The translations under genes and the position numbers were made by a program. From an uncultured Myxococcales bacterium (GTDB lineage: Bacteria; Desulfobacterota; Binatia; UBA1149; JAJCZL01), in contig CAZKLE010000002.1 of NCBI GenBank assembly GCA_964553415.1, positions 1 through 38,408 on the forward strand: a stretch of 38,408 bases of DNA, given 5' to 3'. Position 1 is the stretch's first letter; the number at the start of each line of letters is the position of its first letter. This document shows positions 1 through 9,169 of this stretch, one piece after another. Below the pieces are notes generated by a model. That model had not been told where the DNA came from, did no database searches, and saw only the letters and a list, made by a program, of their open reading frames with translations.

Positions 1-1
1 G

Positions 2-202
2 AGGGGGCACGGGCTGGCGCCGCGGAGCTGCGGCGGCGTTCTCGTCATCGTCGCCGACCGCTTGGCGGACGCCGGGGCGAGGCTGCGGCGTGGCGATTGC
101 GTGATCTCGGGGTCCTACAATCAGCCGCTGCCGGTCTCCGCCGGCGACTCCGTACGCGCGGATTTCGGAGCTCTCGGTCAAGTCGAAATAGAATTTGCAT
201 GA
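2..202 (+). CDS. 3' end of a gene truncated by the window edge; tail resembles 2-keto-4-pentenoate hydratase / 4-oxalocrotonate decarboxylase (MhpD-type) family
   Basis: My own translation of frame 2 is open from the window edge to TGA 200-202: ...LADAGARLRRGDCVISGSYNQPLPVSAGDSVRADFGALGQVEIEFA*. The pattern GD-x-V-x-S/T-G ... GD..a.f..lG.v...F is how MhpD-type hydratases end, as I remember them. It is absent from the ORF track because it has no start codon in the window. Confidence 0.35.
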   Translation, partial: RGHGLAPRSCGGVLVIVADRLADAGARLRRGDCVISGSYNQPLPVSAGDSVRADFGALGQVEIEFA

Positions 203-1028
203 GCGCCGGCCGAGAGCTGTGCTGGGGAAACGATTGCGAGCACGTCCAGACATCGTCACGCGCCCCGCCCGACGCTCGAGACAAACCCCGATCTTGCTCG
301 TTCACGGCGCATGGCACGGCGCCTGGTGTTGGAACGACTGCGCCGAACGCTTCGCCGAGCTGGGCTACGAGGTACACAGCATCAACCTACCCGGGCACGG
401 CGATGGCAGCGATGCCACAGCATCAATCAACCGCTACCGTCTCGTCGACTACGTTGAGTCGCTGGCCGCGGCGATCACCGCCGTACAACCGACACCGGCG
501 GTCGTGGCTCACAGCATGGGTGGCGGCCTACTGCAGCGATACCTGGTTCATCACGGACTGCCGGCGGCTGTTTTGCTGGCCAGCATACCGGTCGGCGGCT
601 CCCTCGGCGCCAGCTTGCGCTGGTTGCGTCGATGTCCGGGACCGACTCTGCGACACTTTCTGCTCCAGGACGGAACGGCAATGGTGGCGACCCCCGAACT
701 CGTCGCCGAGGCGTTTCTTTCGCCGAACTCTCCCATCGACGCCGCCGCTCTGCAAGCTCGGCTCAGGCCCGAGTCGGTACCTGTTTTGACGCGGCTGACC
801 CTCTTCCCCGGCTTTGCCCCCAAGCGTTGCCACACCCCCATGTTGGTGGCGGCGGCCGAACTCGATGCGATCTTCACGATTGACGAGGAGCGCAAAACCG
901 CCGAACGATACGGAGCCGAGTTCGCCATCTTCGCAGATCAAGGACACGATCTGATGCTGGAACCGGCCTGGCGAGAAGTCGTCGATAGAATCGACAGGTT
1001 TTTCATCGACGGGGCGAAGCTGGCCTGA
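195..1028 (+). CDS. alpha/beta-fold hydrolase (esterase, SABP2/methylesterase-like subgroup)
   Basis: 277-aa ORF. It has the N-terminal block PILLVHGAWHGAWCW, the nucleophile elbow AHSMGG and the C-terminal DQGHDLMLE (catalytic His region). The TTG start at 195 overlaps the stop of the upstream fragment, so the exact start is uncertain. Confidence 0.85.
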   Translation: MHERRPRAVLGKRLRARPDIVTRPARRSRQTPILLVHGAWHGAWCWNDCAERFAELGYEVHSINLPGHGDGSDATASINRYRLVDYVESLAAAITAVQPTPAVVAHSMGGGLLQRYLVHHGLPAAVLLASIPVGGSLGASLRWLRRCPGPTLRHFLLQDGTAMVATPELVAEAFLSPNSPIDAAALQARLRPESVPVLTRLTLFPGFAPKRCHTPMLVAAAELDAIFTIDEERKTAERYGAEFAIFADQGHDLMLEPAWREVVDRIDRFFIDGAKLA

Positions 1029-1069
1029 GCGCGACCACCGTCCCGGCGAGTTCCGGTAAATTTCGAACG

Positions 1070-2506
1070 ATGACCGTGTACGCTGAAATCACCCGAGAGG
1101 TCTACGAGGGCCCATCCGGTGCCGAAATCGGAGCCCTCTTCGACCTCGACCGCACGTTGCTGGCAGGATTTTCGGCGGCAACGCTCTTTCGTGAGAGCCT
1201 CTTTTCGGGGCACATCGCGCCGCGGGAGTTGATCGAACTCTTGATCGGAACCGCCAACTTCACGGCCGGCCGCACAGGGTTCTCCGGCCTGATGACGGCT
1301 ACCGCCGGGGTTTTGCGGGGCATGCCCGAGGCGGCACTAGAGAAATTCGGCCAGCAAGTTTTCGAACGCCGACTCGCCGGGGAGATCTACCCCGAGTCCC
1401 GAGCACTCGTCGAGGCCCACAAGGCCATGGGGCATACCCTGGCCATTATCAGCTCAGCCACCCGGTACCAGGCCGAACCGTTGGCCCGCGACATGGAGAT
1501 TGCGCACGTGCTCTGCAGCCGCCTCGAGCTACGTGACGGCAGATTCACGGGCAAGGTTCTGCGACCGCTCTGCTACGGAGAGGGCAAGTTACTCGCCGCC
1601 CGTAAGCTCGCCGACGAAACGGGAATCGACCTCGCCCATAGCTATTTCTACTCCGACAGCGACGAAGATCTCCCCTTACTCGAAGCCGTCGGCCATCCCC
1701 GGCCTCTGAACCCGAATCGCAAGCTGGCTGCAGCGGCCTCGCGACGCGGTTGGCCGGTGCGACGGTTCACCAGCCGCGGCGCACCGGGACTCTCCGATAT
1801 CTTCCGCACGGGCCTGGCCGTCGGCTCGCTCGGAACATCCTTCGTCGTCAGCCTCCCCGCCTGGATCCTGAACGGCTCGCGGCGCCAGGCCGTCAATGTG
1901 AGCACGACCTTGTGGGGAGAGTTAGGGACCGCGCTCGCAGGCATCGATGTGCATGTGCAAGGCGAAGAGCATCTCTGGTCGAAACGGCCGGCGGTATTCG
2001 TCTTCAACCACCAAAGCGGCGTCGATGTTCTACTGCTCTGCAAACTGCTCAAACGCGACTTCGTCGGCATCGCCAAGCAGGAGCTTCGTTCCAATCCTCT
2101 CTGGGGACCCATCTTCGAGTTCGCAGGTACCGTGTTTCTCGACCGTTTCGATCACAATAAGGCGATGGCCACGCTCGGGCCCGCGGTAGAGACTTTGAAA
2201 TCGGGGCTTTCCATCGTCATCGCTCCGGAGGGCACACGGAGTCCGACGCCCAAACCGGGACGCTTCAAACGGGGGGCATTCCTCATCGCCATGCAGGCCG
2301 GCGTGCCGATCGTGCCGATCGTATTCCGCAACGCACTCGATGCCCTGCCGAAACACGGCAGCATCGTGCGGCCGGCGACGATCGAGGCTGTGGTGTTGCC
2401 GCCGGTGTCGACCCAGGGATGGACACGCGACGATCTCGATCGACACGTAAGCGATATGCACCGGCGCTTCGAAGATGTGCTGCGCAACTCGCAGCCCTTG
2501 GATTGA
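1070..2506 (+). CDS. HAD-IB family hydrolase fused to lysophospholipid (1-acyl-sn-glycerol-3-phosphate) acyltransferase domain
   Basis: 478-aa ORF. The N-terminal half has HAD motifs: FDLDRTL (DxDxT), IISSATRY and YSDSDEDLPLL. The C-terminal half has PlsC/LPLAT motifs: FNHQSGVDV (HX4D), GIAKQEL, VIAPEGTRS and PIVPIV. Confidence 0.9.
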   Translation: MTVYAEITREVYEGPSGAEIGALFDLDRTLLAGFSAATLFRESLFSGHIAPRELIELLIGTANFTAGRTGFSGLMTATAGVLRGMPEAALEKFGQQVFERRLAGEIYPESRALVEAHKAMGHTLAIISSATRYQAEPLARDMEIAHVLCSRLELRDGRFTGKVLRPLCYGEGKLLAARKLADETGIDLAHSYFYSDSDEDLPLLEAVGHPRPLNPNRKLAAAASRRGWPVRRFTSRGAPGLSDIFRTGLAVGSLGTSFVVSLPAWILNGSRRQAVNVSTTLWGELGTALAGIDVHVQGEEHLWSKRPAVFVFNHQSGVDVLLLCKLLKRDFVGIAKQELRSNPLWGPIFEFAGTVFLDRFDHNKAMATLGPAVETLKSGLSIVIAPEGTRSPTPKPGRFKRGAFLIAMQAGVPIVPIVFRNALDALPKHGSIVRPATIEAVVLPPVSTQGWTRDDLDRHVSDMHRRFEDVLRNSQPLD

Positions 2507-2751
2507 CACGCATCCGCCGCGCAGCGCTGCCGACGGCCCGTTACATTCTCGACACAGTTCTCGCCAAGCGCAGAGTCCGGCGCTTGATCGAGGCACGAAA
2601 TACCGGAGCGAATTCGGACGGCCGGCCCAACCGGCCGCTGGCATGCTCCATGCATGATCCTTGTCGGCGGAGGTTGCATGCGTAAGGCCCGGACTCCGAT
2701 GACGCGTCCGATGATGTGCGCATGTATACCCTCAGTGCCCCCGGCCGCAGC

Positions 2752-2797
2752 GCGGCCCGGCCGCAATCTCGCCTCGGGAAGAGGGCGGCCGGGCCGC
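2752..2797. repeat. perfect 13-bp all-GC inverted repeat (GCGGCCCGGCCGC / GCGGCCGGGCCGC) with 20-nt loop
   Basis: Read directly: the arms are 2752-2764 and 2785-2797. It lies in the 330-nt gap between the PlsC-fusion gene and the next CDS, about 40 nt upstream of ATG 2837. No T-run follows it. Confidence 0.6.
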
Positions 2798-2836
2798 AAC
2801 GAGCCGGGTGGCGGAATCCCACGGAGAAGGTGGCGC

Positions 2837-3460
2837 ATGACGCCGCTGGTTTGCGCGCTGGCGCTCATAGCAACGCCGGCCTTAGGAGAAACACCGAGCC
2901 CCACCGCTCGCGCTCAAGCCGTCTACTCCTCCTCTCCGCAGGACGTCATCGTCTCCCTCTCGCGAATACCGAACACCCTCGAAGCGCCCGATCAAGCGCC
3001 TCTGGTAAGCGTGTTCGGCGACGGTCGAGTGGCCGTCCACCTCCCTCGTGACCGTGCGCGCAGCGGTAGCTATCAGTTTCGCCTGGGCGAGTTCGAGCTG
3101 GCGCGATTGGTACAGTCCCTAGTCGACAAAGGTCTCGCAGATTTCGATGTCGGCGCCGTCCTGTCGCGCAAACGTGCGATCCAAGCGCAAAGAGAGGCCG
3201 CTGCGCGGCGCAGCGGCCGTCCGAAAGTGTTTTACCGTACCGACCACACCGTAACGCTGGTTTCACTGAACCTCATCGACTATAAACCGGCACGGCACAA
3301 CGGCGGCTGGCGGGGTCGAGTGGACAAACGAATCCGCTGGGCGGGATTGGACAGCGATGTTCGCTCCTTCCCGACCATCGGACCGATTCGAGGCCTGGCC
3401 GACGCCGCGACGCAGCTGGCAGGGCTGAGCGAACGCAGCGGACTTCGCCGTTTACCGTAG
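2837..3460 (+). CDS. hypothetical secreted protein
   Basis: The ORF 2654..3460 has a junk-like Arg/Pro/Gly-rich N-terminus. The internal ATG at 2837 gives a clean signal peptide, MTPLVCALALIATPALG/ETP. I recognise no family motif. Coding is supported by ORF length and non-biased composition after the signal peptide. Confidence 0.6.
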   Translation: MTPLVCALALIATPALGETPSPTARAQAVYSSSPQDVIVSLSRIPNTLEAPDQAPLVSVFGDGRVAVHLPRDRARSGSYQFRLGEFELARLVQSLVDKGLADFDVGAVLSRKRAIQAQREAAARRSGRPKVFYRTDHTVTLVSLNLIDYKPARHNGGWRGRVDKRIRWAGLDSDVRSFPTIGPIRGLADAATQLAGLSERSGLRRLP

Positions 3461-3471
3461 AGAGGCCGGCA

Positions 3472-3765
3472 TTGAGCCACGGCAACATCGTCAACGTACC
3501 CATCGACGGCACCCTCGATCTTCACACCTTCCGCCCGTCTGAGATCGATCCCTTGATCCACGACTACCTCGAGGCCTGCGCACGACGGGGCATCCTCGAG
3601 CTGCGCATCGTTCACGGTAAAGGGACCGGGACTCTGCGCCGCAGCGTCCATGCAATTCTCGATCGTCTGCCTCAGGTAGAGTCCTACAGCACGGCACCAC
3701 CCGGCAGAGGCGATTGGGGAGCGACGTTGGTTCGCCTGCGTGGACCCGTCAAAGCGCACGACTAA
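3472..3765 (+). CDS. Smr (small MutS-related) domain protein
   Basis: 97 aa with a TTG start preceded by [19 protein letters not shown]...[29 protein letters not shown] matches the Smr LDLHG / HGKG-type signature. Confidence 0.8.
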   Translation: MSHGNIVNVPIDGTLDLHTFRPSEIDPLIHDYLEACARRGILELRIVHGKGTGTLRRSVHAILDRLPQVESYSTAPPGRGDWGATLVRLRGPVKAHD

Positions 3766-3814
3766 CCGTCGGGCAAGCACGACTTTTGCGCCGAGAACCC
3801 GTAGACTGACGGCC

Positions 3815-5506
3815 GTGTCCGAACCTTCCAACGCCGGCAAAGACTTTATCCGCACGATCGTCGAAAGGGACCTCGCCGCGGGCAAAAATGACGGACGCGT
3901 CGTCACACGCTTTCCCCCCGAGCCGAACGGCTATCTTCACATCGGACACGCCAAGGCAGTGTGCCTGAACTTCGGGCTCGCGGCCGAGTACGGCGGCCGC
4001 TGCCATTTACGCTTTGACGATACCAACCCCAGCGCCGAAGACGACGAATACGTCGAGGCGATTCAAAACGACGTCCATTGGCTCGGCTTCGATTGGGGGG
4101 AACACCGTTATTACACCTCCGATTACTTCGAACGACTCTACGAATTCGCCTGCCGGCTGATCACGGAAGGGAAGGCGTACATTTGCGAGTTGAATGCCGA
4201 AGACGTGCGAACCTACCGAGGAACCCTCACCGAACCCGGCCGCGACAGTCCTTGGCGTGACCGGCCGGCCGCGGAGAGTCTCGAGTTGTTCGCACGTATG
4301 CGCAACGGCGAGTTCGCCTCCGGCTCCCGCACCCTGCGCGCCAAGATCGACATGGCGTCTCCGATCATCGTCCTGCGGGATCCCGTGCTCTACCGAATTC
4401 AACACGAGCGTCATCACCGCAGCGGCGACCGCTGGCACGTCTACCCGATGTACGACTTTGCCCATTGCCTATCGGATTCGATCGAGGGGATCACCCACTC
4501 CCTGTGCACGCTCGAATTCGCCGACAACAAGGCCCTCTACGACTGGATCCTCGAGCAGCTCGATGTAGCCTGCCATCCCCAGCAGATCGAATCCGGGCGG
4601 CTCGACCTGACCTACACGGTAATGAGCAAGCGTCTACTGCGACGACTCGTCGACGAAGCGCACGTCGCCGGGTGGGATGATCCCCGCATGCCGACGATCT
4701 CGGGTATGCGCCGTCGCGGCTACCCGCCGGCGTCGATCCGCCGGTTTTGCCGCGAAGTCGGGCTCGCCCGCCACCATGCAACCGTGCAGATCGAACAGCT
4801 GGAAAGCGCGGTTCGCGAGGAACTCAATCTGCATTCGCCCAGGGTGATGGCCGTACTCAATCCTCTCAAGATCGTCATCGAAAACTACCCGGAAGGCACC
4901 GACGAAACCTTGGAAGCGGTCAACAACCCGGAGGACGAATCCGCCGGAGTTCGTTCGATTCCATTCTCGCGCGAACTCTACATCGAACGTGACGATTTCA
5001 TGGAGGACCCGCCGCGCAAGTTTTTCCGGCTTGCCCCGGGGCGCGAGGTTCGCCTGCGCTACGCGTACTTCCTGACCTGCACCGGCGTGGTCAAAGACCC
5101 CGAGACCGGCGAAGTATCCGAACTCCGCTGTCGCTACGACCCCAACACAAGGGGCGGCAACGCGCCCGACGGCCGCAAGGTCAAAGCCACACTACACTGG
5201 GTCTCAGCCACGCACGCGATACCCGCCGAGGTTCGACTCTACGATCGCTTGTTCGCCGTGCCAAACCCACGCGCCAAAGCGGGCGGCAACAAGGACTTCC
5301 TCGCCGACCTGAACCCCGACTCCGTCATTGTGCGCAGGCACTGCATGCTCGAGCCCGGGCTTACCAACGCGGAACCCGGGCTGCGTTTTCAGTTCGAAAG
5401 ACTCGGTTACTTTTGCGTCGATCCCGACTCGGCGAAGGACGCATTGGTGTTCAACCGGACCGTCACGCTGCGTGACACCTGGGCCAAGATCCGGGCCAAG
5501 GCGTAA
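3815..5506 (+). CDS. glnS: glutaminyl-tRNA synthetase
   Basis: Class I signatures are present: [16 protein letters not shown] (HIGH) and VMSKR (KMSKS), with GlnS-like NFIR-type N-terminus [16 protein letters not shown]. The track ORF starts at 3740 and overlaps the Smr gene. The in-frame GTG at 3815 ([13 protein letters not shown]...) is the more plausible start. Confidence 0.96.
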   Translation: MSEPSNAGKDFIRTIVERDLAAGKNDGRVVTRFPPEPNGYLHIGHAKAVCLNFGLAAEYGGRCHLRFDDTNPSAEDDEYVEAIQNDVHWLGFDWGEHRYYTSDYFERLYEFACRLITEGKAYICELNAEDVRTYRGTLTEPGRDSPWRDRPAAESLELFARMRNGEFASGSRTLRAKIDMASPIIVLRDPVLYRIQHERHHRSGDRWHVYPMYDFAHCLSDSIEGITHSLCTLEFADNKALYDWILEQLDVACHPQQIESGRLDLTYTVMSKRLLRRLVDEAHVAGWDDPRMPTISGMRRRGYPPASIRRFCREVGLARHHATVQIEQLESAVREELNLHSPRVMAVLNPLKIVIENYPEGTDETLEAVNNPEDESAGVRSIPFSRELYIERDDFMEDPPRKFFRLAPGREVRLRYAYFLTCTGVVKDPETGEVSELRCRYDPNTRGGNAPDGRKVKATLHWVSATHAIPAEVRLYDRLFAVPNPRAKAGGNKDFLADLNPDSVIVRRHCMLEPGLTNAEPGLRFQFERLGYFCVDPDSAKDALVFNRTVTLRDTWAKIRAKA

Positions 5507-5515
5507 ACCGCAGGT

Positions 5516-6568
5516 CTACGATCGGGCGTGCACCAGCCCCTGCTCGATCAGACTGCGTCCGGTTTCGAGTACCGTCTCCTCGACCGGCCTCATCGACCAG
5601 CCCAACTCACGCTGCGCCCGCTCGGCGCTGACCAACTCGCTGCGACCGACGTAATCGAGGCCGAGTCGTACTTCCGCATCGAAGCGAGCGATGATCCACA
5701 TGAGCCAGTAGGGAAGTTTTCCGGTGGGAACTCGAAAACCTTTCGGGTTGAGTTCGGCGGCGAGGATTCGGGCGATATCTTCGATCCACACGTGTTCCCC
5801 CGCGCAGATAAAACGTTTTCCGGCCGCGTTCGGACTCTCCATAGCAAGGCGGTGAGCTACGGCAATGTCGCGAACATCAACGGTCGCGAAACCAATGCGC
5901 GGACACGCGGGCATTTCACGGGCGATCAGCTTGCGCACGAGTTCACCCGAGGTACCCGGATCGGCGTTGAGCAAGGGACCGAGAACAAAACCGGGGTTGA
6001 CAACGGCCAGCTCGAAGCGCCTGTCGGCGGGCAAGCCTTCGACGAACTTCCACGCGGCTTGCTCGGCGAGTGTTTTGCTCTTCGGGTAGGGCGGACAGTG
6101 TTCGGCATCCGACCAGTCGCGCTCATCGAGGACGCGGCCCTCGGAGTCCGCATGACCGACAGCTACTGCCGCAACCGAGGAGGTCATCACCACGCGCTTG
6201 ACGCTGCCGCTATCGGAGCAAGCCGATAAGACTCTACACGCACCGTCAACGGCGGGACGTATGAGTTCGTCTTCGTGCTTGGGCGACGAGGTCGGGAAGG
6301 GGGAGGCCACGTGCTCGACGAACGTGCAGTCCGCGACGGCCTCGTCCCAGCCTTCGTCACGAGACAAATCGGCTTCGACGAACTCGACACTGCCGCCTCG
6401 CTCCTCCGTAAAACGCAGCAGATGTTCAACTTTTTCGGTATCGGCGAGCTTTCGCACCGTACCGCGGACGCGGTAGCCGTGCTCGAGAAGCTCCCGGATA
6501 CAATGGCCGGCAATGAAGCCTGAGGCTCCGGTAACAAGGACCAAGGCGTTCTCGTGTGTACTTTTCAT
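5516..6568 (-). CDS. NAD(P)-dependent epimerase/dehydratase family SDR (dihydroflavonol/cinnamoyl-CoA/aldehyde reductase-like)
   Basis: 350 aa. It has the N-terminal Rossmann motif VLVTGASGFIAGHCIRELLEHGYRVRGTVR and a YPKSK catalytic YxxxK. A GGAGGA RBS lies just upstream of ATG 6568. Confidence 0.9.
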   Translation of the reverse strand: MKSTHENALVLVTGASGFIAGHCIRELLEHGYRVRGTVRKLADTEKVEHLLRFTEERGGSVEFVEADLSRDEGWDEAVADCTFVEHVASPFPTSSPKHEDELIRPAVDGACRVLSACSDSGSVKRVVMTSSVAAVAVGHADSEGRVLDERDWSDAEHCPPYPKSKTLAEQAAWKFVEGLPADRRFELAVVNPGFVLGPLLNADPGTSGELVRKLIAREMPACPRIGFATVDVRDIAVAHRLAMESPNAAGKRFICAGEHVWIEDIARILAAELNPKGFRVPTGKLPYWLMWIIARFDAEVRLGLDYVGRSELVSAERAQRELGWSMRPVEETVLETGRSLIEQGLVHARS

Positions 6569-6569
6569 C

Positions 6570-6764
6570 TCAATCCTCCACGCCCATGACTTGACGAAAC
6601 AGCGTCATAAACTCCTGGGATTCGCGCCAGCCGGGCCCTCGGGTCATGCCTCCGTCGACGACCACCACGCACGCGCCCTCTTCGATGAAGAGGCCGACGG
6701 TGGTGGCGCCGATGCCGCTGGCACCGCCGGTAATGATCGCCGTTTTGCCCTCGAGACTGTTCAT
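6570..6764 (-). pseudogene. 64-codon remnant of a classical SDR (N-terminal Rossmann strand fused to the C-terminal VDGG tail)
   Basis: The translation is MNSLEGKTAIITGGASGIGATTVGLFIEEGACVVVVDGGMTRGPGWRES.... It contains TGGASGIG and beta-2 (VVVVD) and runs straight into DGGMT, the usual SDR C-terminal motif. The catalytic YxxxK and the substrate-binding part are absent. Its stop (6570-72) lies 1 nt from the start of the downstream SDR gene (6568). The track ORF 6570..7397 extends it upstream with Arg-rich junk. Confidence 0.5.
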
Positions 6765-6908
6765 AATCCTTTTGCCCCTCGTGCCGCTGTCGGACCTAGC
6801 ACGCGCCCGGCGCCAAGACGATCGATTTTCGCCCTTGTCGTTCGCGCGCTTTCCTGTGGTTGGCGTTTGGTACTGACGTACGCATTCGGCATAGAATGGA
6901 AGACCGTC

Positions 6909-8039
6909 ATGAAACTTTCTATTTCCCGCGTGGCGTTCATTCTGGTAAGCGCTGCAATCGCCGCGTGCACAACCCTGCCGCCGGCGTCCATGCCCGTGCC
7001 CAAAGATCAGGCCCGTGGTCCCGGCGTTCTGGGCTTCGTCGGTAGTCGTAGCGAAGCCGCAAGCTTGGCCGTCGCCACCTTCAAAGCCTTGGGTTTGCCG
7101 GTCGACACCGTCGATGCCGAGGCCGGATTCGTCGGCGCCAGCAGCGGCCTGAGTACGAGGGGGCTGGGAGAGCGCGTCGGTATTTATTTCCGCGAGAGTG
7201 GCGACGGCTCGATGCGAATGTGGGTCGTGGCTCTGCGCAAGTCGAAGACCAACCCCAAGCCGCCGGACTACCAAGAACCGGTACGCGCGGAACTCGAGAA
7301 GCAAATCGCCTCGTTTCGCAACTCGACCTCCCAGGCCGCGGGTGCGGCCGCGCGCGAGGCCGCGGGCGGGCAAAAACCCGAGTCGGCAGACGCACAAGGG
7401 CCGGCCAACGGCGATTTCGTCGGCGAATTCACCGGCGCTTGTTTCCTCGCCGGGCCCAACGGGGAAGTCCTAACCACCCACCGGGCGGTCGCAGGCGCCG
7501 TCGCCTTGCGCGTGCATCTTGCCGACGGGCGCACGCTGCCGGCGCGGGTCCAGCGGGTCGCGCCCGCCCTCGATTTGGCGCTTCTCACGGTCGCCGTCCC
7601 CACGCCTGTCTTCCTGTCGCCGCCAACGCGACCCGCGCTAGAAAAAGGAGCGCGTGTGTTCAGCGTCGTGCCCTCGTCGGCTTGGCCGCAGCCCGGCCGC
7701 CAAAGTGCAGACACAGACGAAGGCGCCGTGTCGAGGACCGGTAGCCCGAGCGGCGAGCACGGTCGCTTCGAGACCACCATCGCGGCCGATCCCACCCGTT
7801 ACGGCACGCCGGTCATCAATACGCACGCCGAGGTCATCGGCGTGATAGTTCCGGCGCCTGCGTCGGTTCGGGTTCTGCAGGCCCGCGGTGAACTCAGCCC
7901 GAATCGCAGTTGGGCCGTCAACCTCGGCTACGCACGGTCTATGCTCCCTGCCGTACCGGCAAGCCCCGCATCCGACATTGATGATGCCCTCGGTCGTGCA
8001 CAGGCGGCGCTGTGCCGGATCGAGGCGCAATTCAGGTGA
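6909..8039 (+). CDS. lipoprotein with C-terminal trypsin-like (S1C/DegP-like) domain lacking the catalytic serine
   Basis: The internal ATG at 6909 gives the lipobox signal peptide MKLSISRVAFILVSAAIAAC. Protease-like blocks are GACFLAGPNGEVLTTHRAV (His), LDLALLTV (Asp) and GARVFSV. The GNSGGP position reads TRYGTPVINTHAEVIGVIV. The track ORF start at 6513 is an antisense artefact overlapping the SDR genes. Confidence 0.7.
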   Translation: MKLSISRVAFILVSAAIAACTTLPPASMPVPKDQARGPGVLGFVGSRSEAASLAVATFKALGLPVDTVDAEAGFVGASSGLSTRGLGERVGIYFRESGDGSMRMWVVALRKSKTNPKPPDYQEPVRAELEKQIASFRNSTSQAAGAAAREAAGGQKPESADAQGPANGDFVGEFTGACFLAGPNGEVLTTHRAVAGAVALRVHLADGRTLPARVQRVAPALDLALLTVAVPTPVFLSPPTRPALEKGARVFSVVPSSAWPQPGRQSADTDEGAVSRTGSPSGEHGRFETTIAADPTRYGTPVINTHAEVIGVIVPAPASVRVLQARGELSPNRSWAVNLGYARSMLPAVPASPASDIDDALGRAQAALCRIEAQFR

Positions 8040-8074
8040 AACCCGCCGCCTAGTTCCCATGGTAGGCTGGGAGA

Positions 8075-8635
8075 GTGGAGCCTGCGCTTTCCAGCATCCG
8101 CACGGAAAAGACCCTCGCGGTGGCGCCGATCCCGCAGGTACGGGGGCGGCTGGCACGCAGCATCGACTGGGTGATCGGCCTTCGCGCTTCGCCTGAAGAG
8201 ATCGGCCGCGGCGTAGCCATCGGAGTTTTCGTGGCACTGACCCCGACTCTCGGTTTTCAGATCGCGATCGCGGCCTGCCTCGCCACCTTGCTCAACGCCA
8301 ACCGCACTGTCGCCATCGCGGGCGTGTGGATCACGAACCCCATTACCGTACCGCCGATCTTCGCCGTGACCTATGCAGTCGGTGTACGGTTCTGGAACGG
8401 CCCGTCGGTCGGCAACGTCGGCAGTCTTCTCGGCGGTTTGTCCCAGCGGGCTTCCCAGCAAGAGATCTGGAATTGGCCCGAGCGCTTGAAGGCCCTCATT
8501 TTAGTCGGGCGTAATGTCCTGGCACCCCTGACCATCGGCGGTGCTATCTGTGGATTGGCCGCCGCAACCATCTGTTATGTGGTCGTCGTCCGTGTGGTTC
8601 GCCAACGCCGCGCCGCGGAGCTTTGCGCGACCTAG
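8075..8635 (+). CDS. DUF2062-family membrane protein
   Basis: 186 aa with a GTG start. SPEEIGRGVAIGVFVALTPTLGFQIAIAACLATLLNANRTVAIAGVWITNPITVPP matches my memory of the DUF2062 core (sp..iA.G.a.G.f....P..g.q......NP.T..P). It also has a C-terminal TM helix. Confidence 0.75.
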   Translation: MEPALSSIRTEKTLAVAPIPQVRGRLARSIDWVIGLRASPEEIGRGVAIGVFVALTPTLGFQIAIAACLATLLNANRTVAIAGVWITNPITVPPIFAVTYAVGVRFWNGPSVGNVGSLLGGLSQRASQQEIWNWPERLKALILVGRNVLAPLTIGGAICGLAAATICYVVVVRVVRQRRAAELCAT

Positions 8636-8712
8636 AACCCTCGAGAAACAGCCACCGTTTCTGTTCACAAAAGCCCTTGTCGATTGCCGTCGGCTGTGGC
8701 AGGAATGGTGCC

Positions 8713-9141
8713 ATGAAACATCCAACCGTGGCCTTCATCCTGTTGGTGGCGATGAGCTTTCTTTCGGCCTGTGCCTCCCAACGTCCGGTTTTGTATCCGA
8801 GAGCAAACCGTCAAAGCTCCGGTCAGGCGCGAGCGCAAGCCGACATCAGTCAATGTACCGCCTTGGCCCGCCAGGGAGGCGTGTACGCCTCGAGCGCGGC
8901 GGGCAACACCGCCAAGAGCACTGCGGAAGCGGCGGCCGTCGGCGGAGCGGTCGGTGCCGCCGCCGGTGCGGTGTACGGGCGGGCCGGCCGCGGCGCAGCC
9001 GCCGGCGCAGCGGGTGCGGCAACGGGCGGACTACTGCGCAGCCTGTTCCGCGGCAACAGGAACAACCCCGATGCGCCTACGCGTCGCTTCATCGAACTGT
9101 GCCTGAGCGATCGCGGCTACAGAGTGCTGGGCTGGCGTTAA
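8713..9141 (+). CDS. glycine-zipper lipoprotein
   Basis: The internal ATG at 8713 gives the signal peptide MKHPTVAFILLVAMSFLSAC (lipobox). It has a Gly/Ala zipper, AAVGGAVGAAAGAVYGRAGRGAAAGAAGAATGG, and the C-terminal CLSDRGYRVLGW typical of this small lipoprotein family. Confidence 0.7.
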   Translation: MKHPTVAFILLVAMSFLSACASQRPVLYPRANRQSSGQARAQADISQCTALARQGGVYASSAAGNTAKSTAEAAAVGGAVGAAAGAVYGRAGRGAAAGAAGAATGGLLRSLFRGNRNNPDAPTRRFIELCLSDRGYRVLGWR

Positions 9142-9169
9142 GCTGATCGCCGCCCACGAGCCGCTCTCC

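Noticed and set aside
2152-2904. 250-aa minus-strand ORF spanning the 2507-2836 gap
   Set aside because: It overlaps the 3' end of the PlsC-fusion gene and the start of the secreted protein gene. It is Arg/Pro/Gly-rich with no motif, so I treat the gap as non-coding.
8880-9040. GC-rich repetitive DNA (GCC/GGC/GCG runs) that could be taken for a tandem repeat
   Set aside because: It is the coding sequence of the Gly/Ala zipper of the lipoprotein (AAVGGAVGAAAGAV...AAGAAGAATGG). It is imperfect at the DNA level and in frame.
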